Below, one piece after another: positions 30,149 through 38,165 of a DNA stretch of 64,000 bases. The DNA is from an uncultured Eubacteriales bacterium (GTDB taxonomy: Bacteria > Bacillota > Clostridia > Oscillospirales > CAG-382). Location of the stretch: NCBI GenBank assembly GCA_934479825.1, contig CAKSOW010000007.1:19892-83891 (forward strand), in the 5' to 3' direction. The translations under genes were made by a program, and so were the position numbers. Within the stretch, counting starts at the first letter, position 1. Each line of letters starts with the position of its first letter. The notes below the pieces were generated by a model. It was not told where the DNA came from. It made no database searches and was given only the letters and a program-made list of their open reading frames with translations.

Positions 30149-30307
30149 TTATTTGCATTTTAAGGCGAGAAATCCGGCAAGAATCAAGAGAATTGCCTCT
30201 ATACAGACCAATAGGACCGGCGGCAGGAAACAGGCGACAAGGATTCCAAGTCCGATGCAGAGAACGCCGACGCCGATAAGTGCGGATAGCGCTGTGAATT
30301 TTTTCAT
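30149..30307 (-). CDS. possible 52-aa two-helix membrane peptide
   Basis: Own translation: MKKFTALSALIGVGVLCIGLGILVACFLPPVLLVCIEAILLILAGFLALKCK*. Below the 60-aa track cut-off, with only a weak RBS (AGGCAGG). The overlapping 76-aa track ORF in another frame looks spurious. Confidence 0.35.
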   Translation of the reverse strand: MKKFTALSALIGVGVLCIGLGILVACFLPPVLLVCIEAILLILAGFLALKCK

Positions 30308-30524
30308 GTACTTCGCCTGCCTTTTGTAAAAAATCGGTCAAAGGATTTCACTCTCGGTGTAGTATATGCACGCGGTGTGAAAGTTGCCACTGTGAGTTGT
30401 GAAAATTTGGGCTTTGGCTAAGATTTTTTTGCGAAAATTCCTTTTTTCTTGACTTTTCCTTTCATTTATTGTACTCTTATAAGGAAAGAATGTAAGCTTG
30501 AAAAGGAAGAAAGGAAGTCGTAGT

Positions 30525-31478
30525 ATGCTTATCGGAGTGGATATCGGCGGCACAAAGTGCGCTTGTGTTGCGGCAAGCCAAAAGGAAAACGGCGTGGAAA
30601 TTTTAGCGCGTGAAGCCTTTGAAACCGCCGGAAATACGCCGGACGAGGTGTTGGAACGTTTTGACGGCCTTATTTGTCGTTTTACGGAACAATATGAGCC
30701 GTGTAAAGCCATCGGCATCAGTTGCGGCGGACCGCTTGACAGTGAAAAAGGCGTGATCCTGTCTCCGCCGAACCTGCCGGGCTGGGATAATATCGAAATC
30801 ACAAAACATTTTACAGAGCGTTTCGGCGTTCCGGCGCGCCTGATCAACGACGCAAACGCCTCGGCGCTTGCTGAATGGAAATACGGTGCAGGCGTCGGGA
30901 CCAAGAACATGATCTTTTTAACGTTCGGCACCGGGCTTGGGGCAGGTTTAATTTTAAACGGCGCCTTGTATGAAGGAACAAACGGCATGGCAGGCGAGGT
31001 CGGCCATATGCGCCTTGCACCGTTCGGACCGTCCGGCTATGGCAAATGCGGCTCATTCGAGGGCTTTTGCAGTGGCGGAGGTTTAGCGGAATTGGCCAGA
31101 GGACTAGCAAGAGAAGCTTTACAGCGCGGAGAGACGGTATCGTTTGTGCCGGGAAACGATCTGAAAAATGCAGCAATCACGGCCAAAAGTGTGGCGCAAG
31201 CCGCACGTGAGGGCGATCGGGTGGCGCTTGAAACATTCCGGCTCTGCGGTGAAAAGCTCGGAGAGGGGCTTTCGCTACTCATCGACCTCTTTAATCCGGA
31301 AGTCATTGTCATTGGCAGTATTTTTGCAAGATGTCAGGATCTGCTGTGGAAACACGCGCAGAATGTCATTTGTACCGAAGCGTTGAGCCAAAGCGCAGAA
31401 GTTTGTAAGGTCGTTCCGGCAAAGCTTGGCGAGCAGATCGGCGATTATGCCGCGCTTGCGGCGGCGTCGGAGGCATAA
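30525..31478 (+). CDS. ROK family sugar kinase
   Basis: MLIGVDIGGTKCA N-terminal ATPase motif and the ROK signature region (GMAGEVGHMRLAPFGPSGYGKCGSFEGFCSG). The ATG at 30525 follows GAAAGGAAG. Confidence 0.85.
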   Translation: MLIGVDIGGTKCACVAASQKENGVEILAREAFETAGNTPDEVLERFDGLICRFTEQYEPCKAIGISCGGPLDSEKGVILSPPNLPGWDNIEITKHFTERFGVPARLINDANASALAEWKYGAGVGTKNMIFLTFGTGLGAGLILNGALYEGTNGMAGEVGHMRLAPFGPSGYGKCGSFEGFCSGGGLAELARGLAREALQRGETVSFVPGNDLKNAAITAKSVAQAAREGDRVALETFRLCGEKLGEGLSLLIDLFNPEVIVIGSIFARCQDLLWKHAQNVICTEALSQSAEVCKVVPAKLGEQIGDYAALAAASEA

Positions 31479-31497
31479 TAATATTAGGAAAGAGAGA

Positions 31498-32133
31498 ATG
31501 ATTATGAGAATAAACGATTTGACTGCACGGTATCCGGCGCTTGCCGTATGTGCGGATTCAATTGAAAAGGCTGTGGAGTTACTCTATACGCGAACTGTTT
31601 CGGACGGAAAAATTCTGCTTTGCGGCAATGGCGGAAGCGCCGCCGACTGTGACCACATTGTCGGCGAATTGATGAAAGGATTTCTCTCTCGTCGGCCGCT
31701 TAAAGAGGCGGACAAGGCGCGTTTCGCGTCCGGCGCGTTTGCCGAACGGGGAAAGGAGATAGCCGACGCATTGCAATACGCGATCCCTGCCATTTCGCTT
31801 TGTGCACACAGCGCCGTGCTTACGGCGTTTGCCAACGATGTCCGGCCGGACGCCGTTTTTGCGCAGCTTATGTATGGCTACGGTACACAACGCGATACGG
31901 CGTTTTGCTTATCGACCTCGGGCAATTCCGTCAATGTCGTGAATGCCGCTCTTGCCGCAAAGGCACGCGGAATGGCGGTAGTGTCGATGACGGGGGAAAA
32001 GGCGGCGGCGTTAGATAAAGTGAGCGATGTTGTTATCAAAGTCCCCGAAACAGAGACTTATAAAATTCAAGAACTGCATTTGCCGGTATATCATTATATC
32101 TGTGCTGTGTTAGAAGAAAAGTTTTTCGGTTGA
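31498..32133 (+). CDS. SIS-domain sugar-phosphate isomerase (GmhA/DiaA-like phosphoheptose isomerase family)
   Basis: LLCGNGGSAADCDHIVGELMKGF and the STSGNS motif. Length about 211 aa. Confidence 0.8.
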   Translation: MIMRINDLTARYPALAVCADSIEKAVELLYTRTVSDGKILLCGNGGSAADCDHIVGELMKGFLSRRPLKEADKARFASGAFAERGKEIADALQYAIPAISLCAHSAVLTAFANDVRPDAVFAQLMYGYGTQRDTAFCLSTSGNSVNVVNAALAAKARGMAVVSMTGEKAAALDKVSDVVIKVPETETYKIQELHLPVYHYICAVLEEKFFG

Positions 32134-32140
32134 ACGGGAC

Positions 32141-32169
32141 TTGCAATTTTTCTCAAAAACCTGTATAAT
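32141..32169 (+). promoter_or_regulatory. sigma-A-type promoter (TTGCAA-17 nt-TATAAT) of the WYL regulator gene
   Basis: Hexamers at 32141-32146 and 32164-32169. Confidence 0.55.
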
Positions 32170-32201
32170 GAGAAAAAGTATTCGCATAAGGACGTGAAAT
32201 C

Positions 32202-33227
32202 ATGCCGCGCACTTCCCGACAGAAATTAAAACTGCTTTATTTAAAGGAATACCTTCTAAAAAACACCGACGAAACGCATGCCGTGACCGTGAAGGACATG
32301 GAAGAATACCTGGCAAGCTGCGGAATCAAGGCCGAACGCAAAAGTTTGTACGATGATATGGCAGTTCTTGCTGAAAGCGGTTTGGATATCGTTTCCGAAA
32401 AGCGCGACCGGAATATGTGGTATCATGTGGTGTCGCGCGAATTTGAGCTTTCCGAATTAAAACTCCTCGTAGACGCAGTGCTGGGTTCACGCTTTATCAC
32501 CGAGCGTAAGTCGGACGAGCTTATCCGCAAATTGGAAAGCTTATGCAGCCGTTTTGACGCTTATGCGCTTGACCGGCAAATGACGGTGGCCGGGCGTATC
32601 AAATCCATGAACGAGAGCATTTATTACAACGTTGATAAGATTCACACGGCAATTCGGGATAATACGCGTATCACATTCCGCTATTTTGACTATAACATCC
32701 GGAAAGAAAAGGTTTACAGGCATGGCGGCGCACTATACGAGGTCAGCCCGTTCGCCTTGTGCTGGGACGATGAAAACTACTATTTGGTGGCGTTTGACAG
32801 CGCACATCAGGCTATCCGGCATTACAGAGTCGATAAGATGAGCGGCCTTGAAGAAACGTCCTTGCACCGAGAGGGCAGGGCAGCCTTTCAAAAAGTGGAT
32901 GTTTCGGCGTATTCGCGCAAAGTTTTTTCCATGTTCGGCGGCGAAAGCGTCAAAGTGCGCATGGAGTTTGCCGAGGCGCTTGCCGGGGTGGTGTTCGACC
33001 GATTCGGTAAAGATATTTTTCTTTCGCCGGCAGGCAAGGGGTATTTTACGTTTGAAACTGAAATTGTGGTCAGTCCGCAGTTTTACGGTTGGTTGTTTTC
33101 TTTTGGCACAGACGCCAAGATCCTCTGGCCGCAGAGTGTAAAGGACGGTTTTACGGAATATCTGAGACAGACGGTGTCCTTATACGATGGCGGCATTGCC
33201 GCCTACCTGTTCTCACGCGAAGCGTGA
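32202..33227 (+). CDS. HTH plus WYL domain transcriptional regulator
   Basis: N-terminal winged-HTH region (QKLKLLYLKEYLLKNTDETHAVTVKDMEEYL) and a central WYL-like region (ITFRYFDYN...YEVSPFALCWDDENYYLVAFD...IRHYRVDKM). Confidence 0.7.
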   Translation: MPRTSRQKLKLLYLKEYLLKNTDETHAVTVKDMEEYLASCGIKAERKSLYDDMAVLAESGLDIVSEKRDRNMWYHVVSREFELSELKLLVDAVLGSRFITERKSDELIRKLESLCSRFDAYALDRQMTVAGRIKSMNESIYYNVDKIHTAIRDNTRITFRYFDYNIRKEKVYRHGGALYEVSPFALCWDDENYYLVAFDSAHQAIRHYRVDKMSGLEETSLHREGRAAFQKVDVSAYSRKVFSMFGGESVKVRMEFAEALAGVVFDRFGKDIFLSPAGKGYFTFETEIVVSPQFYGWLFSFGTDAKILWPQSVKDGFTEYLRQTVSLYDGGIAAYLFSREA

Positions 33228-33254
33228 GCTTGCCGCCCTGAAAGGGCGGCTGGG

Positions 33255-34330
33255 GAGCCTCTGTTACTTTTCGGAAAAGTAACAAAAGGGACGGTTTTAC
33301 GTTACTTTTTGCGGCGTGCAAAAAGTAACCAAAAAGCACGCGGGACTTCGTCCTGCGACCTCGGTTCAAAACCCGTGCGGTGCGGTTTTAGGTAAAAATT
33401 GAAACGCTCAGCGCATTAAGATTTTTCACAAAAATTTATTAGTGCCGCGATACGCACGGCCATGTTTTGAACCGGTGGAAAAGGGCGATTGCAGTGGAAA
33501 CGCAGAATCGGATTTTGCGGAAAATCGAGGTTGCGGTGCGGGCTTGACGCCGCAAGCGGTCGATGAAAAGAAAAATTGTACGTTATGTTTGTTGCAGTGG
33601 GAAAGAGAAATTGGCGTGGGATGTTAGAAAACTTAGCGTAATACTATGGCTTGGCATGACACAAAAGGTGTGTGGGCTGGCTGAAATTTTAAGATTTATT
33701 CCTACTTATTTGTGCGCGGAAAAAATGGAATTTTGGTATTTTTGAAACTTTTCGTTTCCTCAAAACATAGCGTACTGTCTGCAAAAAAGCAACTCTCACC
33801 AAACTTTCCTTTTTTTGAAAAACTGTTATCTGTTGTTTAAAAAACAGTATCCCACCAAAACCACCCATTCCATGAAACACATAACCTGCTGTCCACCCAA
33901 ATCGAATTCTGCCTTTTTATAAAAAACCACATATCCTTGCGTAGTAAAACACCCCTTTCGCACCGGTTCAAAATACTCCGAGCTATATGGCACAAGGCTG
34001 CAAATTCTTACAAAAATTCTTGATAGTTACACGACTTGCGTTTTAGTAAGTAATTCCCACGCTCGGAATTTTGAACCGTACTTGGGGTATCCAGAGGGGT
34101 GTACCCCTCTGGTGTACTTTTTGGTTACTTTTTCGTACAAGCGAAAAAGTAACATTAAAACGCCCCTTTTGCTTACTTTTCGCAAAGGCGAAAAGTAACG
34201 TAAAAACGTCCTTGGGGACTTTTTTGGGGGGCTTGGGGCACGCCGCAAAAAAGTAACAGAAAAACGTCCTCTTTTGCTTACTTTTCGAGAACCGAAAAGC
34301 ACCCTTTTTGAGGCTTTTCGGAAAAAGAAA
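33255..34330. repeat. family 2 structured non-coding locus, copy A (hairpin arrays, two CGGTTCAAAA-bounded IR elements, conserved core)
   Basis: No ORF above 103 aa and none conserved with copy B. Homologous in reverse complement to 56625-57445. Details are given in the findings. Confidence 0.85.
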
Positions 34331-34368
34331 AAAAGCACCGATACGGATTTCCGTATCGGTGCTTTTTG
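34321..34368 (-). terminator. bidirectional rho-independent terminator (serves the 34398-37364 gene)
   Basis: 13-bp stem GCACCGATACGGA / TCCGTATCGGTGC flanked by A- and T-tracts. Confidence 0.85.
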
Positions 34369-34397
34369 CGTAAGATCAATGCTTATGAAAAAAGGGC

Positions 34398-37364
34398 TTA
34401 CTTTTTGTCCGAAAGAATGCGGATATAGCGTCCCTCAATCGTATAGGAGAAACCGCAGATGTCACATAGAACATCTAAACTCAACATCGGCAGCGAATCG
34501 CAGAAAGCAAGCGGCATAGGTAACTTGTGCTTTTTGCCGTTTACCAAAACATAATCCTTGCCCTCGGTAAAATACATCTTTGTTGTACCGTGGAGCAGAT
34601 ACAGCGTGCGCTCATCGCGATACCATTCGTGATAGAAGCGAAGCCCCTCATAGGGACGGTTTTGCTCAAACGGAATAAAGACGCCTTTTTCAGTGATCCA
34701 CGGAAGAATCGACGGCAGATGAACCTTGCCGTCCACTGTGATGATCGGGGACTTGGTATCAGTGGTAAGTTCAATGGACTCGATCTCAAAACTGCCGGCG
34801 ATGTCGGTCGGGTCAAGCCGTAATCCGGTAATCGTGCCTTTCCAGGCGGCAAGGGAAGTCATATCGTAATAACAGTCGGTCATTTCGCCGCCTTTGATGA
34901 AAATATGGACTCCCTTGGATTCCGTCCAGACCTCGTCGGTGTCGGTGATAAAATAGACGCAGGAGTTTGCGCCGTCGCCGGAATTTGCTTTCAGACGGAT
35001 GTGCACACCTTTGACGGTTGCCGCGTCAATCGAAAGGCCGGTATGAATGATCTGCGGATCGAATTTATCGGATGTACCGCAAAGCTTTCCGTCACGGTTT
35101 TCGATGACAAGACCGTTTTCCGGATGCCAATAGGACGCGTCGGTCGGAATGTCCGCTACGTGCTCGGTCGGCTTGTTCTTTTCAAGATACTGTTCACAGC
35201 GCAATAAACTGCGTCCCTTGGGATATAAGTATCCGAGACGGTCAAGCTGATGCTCGTCGGGACGTACATCGATATGTTCTTCCGGCTCGTTGGTAAAGGC
35301 TTTGCGCATTTCGTCCAGATAGCCGAACCCATGTAGGTTCGACGGGCAGATATACGTTCCTTCACCGTATTCATTCCAGGTGGAGAACATGACCAGTTTC
35401 TTTTTCCAATCTTCGCCCTCGCTTGCCGGGAGAACGTCCTCTTTGAACCAGCGTAAGCACTCGCCCATATCTTCGCAGGTCATCTGCGGCGTGCGCGGAC
35501 GGTCCCAACCGATCGAATTGAACCCGGTGGAAACGGTGGGAACAACGTGAACCAGCTTCTTTTCGCGCTGTGCCGTGATCTGCGCCTTGGTGTAGTTCGG
35601 GTCAAAGCCCTGCGTTCCCCAGTTGTAAGCGTAAACGCCGTCAAAGCCGCAATTTTTGACCGCTTCGGTCGGTCCTCCGCAGGAGAGGAAGATAGCGCCG
35701 TCAAAACCGAGCTTTTTCACTTCTTCGCGGACATAGTCAAGCTGTTCTCTCACCGCATCTTCCGAACCGAAATCCTTGATAAGATTTCCTGAACCGAACA
35801 CGGCAATCAGCACTTTGTTGTCGATGGTGAAGTAACGCGGATCGGAGAAGAAATAATCCATCCAATACGGAACAATGTGTTTGCGGAATGCTTCGACCGA
35901 CGGATGCGCGCAGTTCATAGCCTCCCAAAGCAGGGCGAATTTCATGTAATCGCCGTATTTGGCATTGAAGTGACCGCCGTGAATGGCCGACGACAGACCA
36001 GTGGTGCAGATAGGTGCGTTCACCTGGCTGTTGTACCAGCAGTATAATTCAAAATCAAGTCCGTGTTCCGCCATCCATTTGATTTCCCAGTCGGCAACCT
36101 CCGGAAGTCCCTCATCGTAGTAACCCATATAGGTCTTGTTCTCGTGATAGGGAGAAACGGTGTCCCAACCCCAGTGGTCGCCGTTGCGCCAGAGGGAGCA
36201 GATGTTCATACCGACATAGTAGTCCTTCTTTTTCGGTAAAATCGGCGCCGGAACATAATCTGCCGGTTCGGGCTGCATTTCAAATGCAAAAATGTCGGTG
36301 AATTTCAAGATTCCGCCGGACGGCGCGGTGAACGACAACCGAAGTCCGTCCGCTTTTTTAGCACCGTCGGCTAACGGCAGTTCGCAGCACTTTTTGCCGC
36401 CTAACTTGATCAAGGCCTTGTTTGCGGCAAAACTCACTTCTACGCGGAGAGTCTGCCAGACGTTGACATGATGTTCGCGCAAAATCTGTTCTTCGTGCAG
36501 CAAAGCCTTGCCGTTGTCATGAAGCGTCAGAATCGGTTTTCTTCCGCTCGTTAAACTAACGGCGATGTCCTCGCCGACTGTTTTGGGAAGATATTTGATT
36601 TCTAAGCAAATCCCTGTTTTTACCGCGTCAAACTTCCGGTCAAGCGTTGCAGTCTTGCTGTCAGCAGTAAGGAGCGCATAGGTGGTGAGGCTCTGTCCCT
36701 CGGTGTAGGGACGGCGGTCGGCAAGCGCTTTTCCTTTGGCAGTCAGACGCCATGCGTCGCTCATCTTTCCGGGTATGGAAACATAGGCGCGGTCACAGAT
36801 CAGATAATTGATCCAAAGACGGGTCGTCAAGGGAATATAGCATGTCTGAACGCCTGCCGGCACGCCGATGATAAGGCGCGAAAGGCCTTTTCCGGCAAGC
36901 TTGAAAGAGCCGTAATTCATGTCGTCAAAGAAAACGGTCGCCGTTTTGCGGTCAAGATCAAATTCAATGCCGAGATAGTAGGTTTTGTTTTCGACGGCAA
37001 CCGGAATTTTTGTGCCGTTTACGCAGAAGAGACCGTCTTGGGCGGCAATTTCCAGCGCGACGGTTTCTTTTTTGTCTCCTGCGTCCAAAAAGCGCAGATA
37101 GAAGTTTTCGCCGTAGCGCAGACGGAAACTGTGGAAAAATCCGGCTTTTCCGGTTTTGACCGGAACGAAGCGGCGGGAAAGATACGGGTCAAAATCGCCC
37201 GTTTCATCCGAGCAGAGATAAATGCCCCGGATCTCTTCGCCGCGGGCGGTTCTCATGCCGCGGTTGTCAAAATTCCAGCCGCTCTGCGCATAGCCGCGCG
37301 AGCTCATGGTCTTATCGTCTATCAGGTAGACGGCGTCTTTTACGACGCGAGTGTCTTTTATCAT
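34398..37364 (-). CDS. multidomain GH99-like/WbsX-like glycoside hydrolase family protein with a C-terminal copper-amine-oxidase-N-like domain
   Basis: The central region (MGYYDEGLPEVADWEIKWMAEHGLDFELYCWYN ... FALLWEAMN ... STWNEYGEGTYI) resembles the WbsX/GH99-like family pattern as I recall it. No signal peptide is evident. The ATG at 37364 follows AAGGAG. Confidence 0.45.
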   Translation of the reverse strand: MIKDTRVVKDAVYLIDDKTMSSRGYAQSGWNFDNRGMRTARGEEIRGIYLCSDETGDFDPYLSRRFVPVKTGKAGFFHSFRLRYGENFYLRFLDAGDKKETVALEIAAQDGLFCVNGTKIPVAVENKTYYLGIEFDLDRKTATVFFDDMNYGSFKLAGKGLSRLIIGVPAGVQTCYIPLTTRLWINYLICDRAYVSIPGKMSDAWRLTAKGKALADRRPYTEGQSLTTYALLTADSKTATLDRKFDAVKTGICLEIKYLPKTVGEDIAVSLTSGRKPILTLHDNGKALLHEEQILREHHVNVWQTLRVEVSFAANKALIKLGGKKCCELPLADGAKKADGLRLSFTAPSGGILKFTDIFAFEMQPEPADYVPAPILPKKKDYYVGMNICSLWRNGDHWGWDTVSPYHENKTYMGYYDEGLPEVADWEIKWMAEHGLDFELYCWYNSQVNAPICTTGLSSAIHGGHFNAKYGDYMKFALLWEAMNCAHPSVEAFRKHIVPYWMDYFFSDPRYFTIDNKVLIAVFGSGNLIKDFGSEDAVREQLDYVREEVKKLGFDGAIFLSCGGPTEAVKNCGFDGVYAYNWGTQGFDPNYTKAQITAQREKKLVHVVPTVSTGFNSIGWDRPRTPQMTCEDMGECLRWFKEDVLPASEGEDWKKKLVMFSTWNEYGEGTYICPSNLHGFGYLDEMRKAFTNEPEEHIDVRPDEHQLDRLGYLYPKGRSLLRCEQYLEKNKPTEHVADIPTDASYWHPENGLVIENRDGKLCGTSDKFDPQIIHTGLSIDAATVKGVHIRLKANSGDGANSCVYFITDTDEVWTESKGVHIFIKGGEMTDCYYDMTSLAAWKGTITGLRLDPTDIAGSFEIESIELTTDTKSPIITVDGKVHLPSILPWITEKGVFIPFEQNRPYEGLRFYHEWYRDERTLYLLHGTTKMYFTEGKDYVLVNGKKHKLPMPLAFCDSLPMLSLDVLCDICGFSYTIEGRYIRILSDKK

Positions 37365-37427
37365 AAAAAACACACTCCTTTCGGAATTCGGGACTGTTTT
37401 TATGTCGTTTTTTTCCGGCATTTTCCC

Positions 37428-37453
37428 GAAACATTTCTGACGTTTTTTACGTC
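37428..37453 (+). promoter_or_regulatory. candidate ECF-sigma-type promoter (GAAAC-17 nt-CGTC)
   Basis: GAAAC at 37428-37432 and CGTC at 37450-37453, resembling the SigW/SigX-type TGAAAC-N16/17-CGTx consensus. It lies about 230 nt upstream of the ECF sigma gene. Confidence 0.3.
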
Positions 37454-37557
37454 AATTGCATTATAGAGGAAGCGGCTGTGCAAAGCAACCCCAACTGCGA
37501 AAAATTGTACAAATTGCATAAACGATTTGTGCAAAGTGACGGTAAAAGATCAGCCGC

Positions 37558-37586
37558 TTGATAAAGACACAAATTTGCCGTATAAT
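37558..37586 (+). promoter_or_regulatory. sigma-A-type promoter (TTGATA-17 nt-TATAAT) upstream of the ECF sigma gene
   Basis: Hexamers at 37558-37563 and 37581-37586. Confidence 0.5.
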
Positions 37587-37685
37587 AAAGCGTAAAGAAA
37601 AAAACACGCAAATCGCAGAAAAATTTAGAAAATTTTTGTGACCGATAAGGATTTCCGTGCGTGTTATGGGTGAGGAGGTCAAGAA

Positions 37686-38153
37686 ATGCAGGACATTCGG
37701 ATCAAAACGGCAGAGTTATATGCACGGTATGCGGATATACTTTACCGAACGGCATATGCCAAGCTGTTATCTGCGCACGACGCGGAGGACGCCGTTTCCG
37801 AAACCTTTGCAAAATATCTGGGTAAAACGCCCGAATTTCGCGATTCGTCGCACGAAAGAGCTTGGTTCTTGCGCGTATGTATCAATACCTGCACCGACAT
37901 CATGCGCCGGCGCTCGGTGCGCTCCTATACGCCGCTCGACGAGCTGGCGGAGGTTCTCCCGGCCGCTGAAAAGGACGCGCATGTTCTCGAAAGCGTGTAT
38001 GCGTTGCCGGAGAAATACCGATTGTGCGTTTTATTGTATTATTTTGAAAATCTTAACGTGGAAGAGACGGCAGAGTCTTTGAAAATATCCGTCTCCGCTG
38101 TGAAAATGCGGCTCTCCCGCGCAAGAGACATGTTAAAGACCGAACTTGTGTAA
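37686..38153 (+). CDS. ECF-type RNA polymerase sigma-70 family factor
   Basis: Region 2 (AEDAVSETFAKYL...ERAWFLRVCINTCTDIMRRR) and region 4 HTH (LNVEETAESLKISVSAVKMRLSRARDML). Length 155 aa. Confidence 0.85.
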   Translation: MQDIRIKTAELYARYADILYRTAYAKLLSAHDAEDAVSETFAKYLGKTPEFRDSSHERAWFLRVCINTCTDIMRRRSVRSYTPLDELAEVLPAAEKDAHVLESVYALPEKYRLCVLLYYFENLNVEETAESLKISVSAVKMRLSRARDMLKTELV

Positions 38154-38165
38154 AGGAGGGAAAAC

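Noticed and set aside
33442-33627. 61-aa ORF in locus A and the positionally homologous 61-aa ORF in locus B (57096-57281, minus strand)
   Set aside because: The translations agree only for FEPV and then diverge because indels shift the frame. There is no RBS. Conservation is at the nucleotide level.
33255-34330. Whether the hairpin arrays are a CRISPR array
   Set aside because: The repeats are themselves perfect palindromic hairpins with variable loops. The period is irregular (about 38-75 bp). The spacers between them are short and similar to each other rather than unique. There are only 2-3 consecutive units, and no cas genes are in the window.
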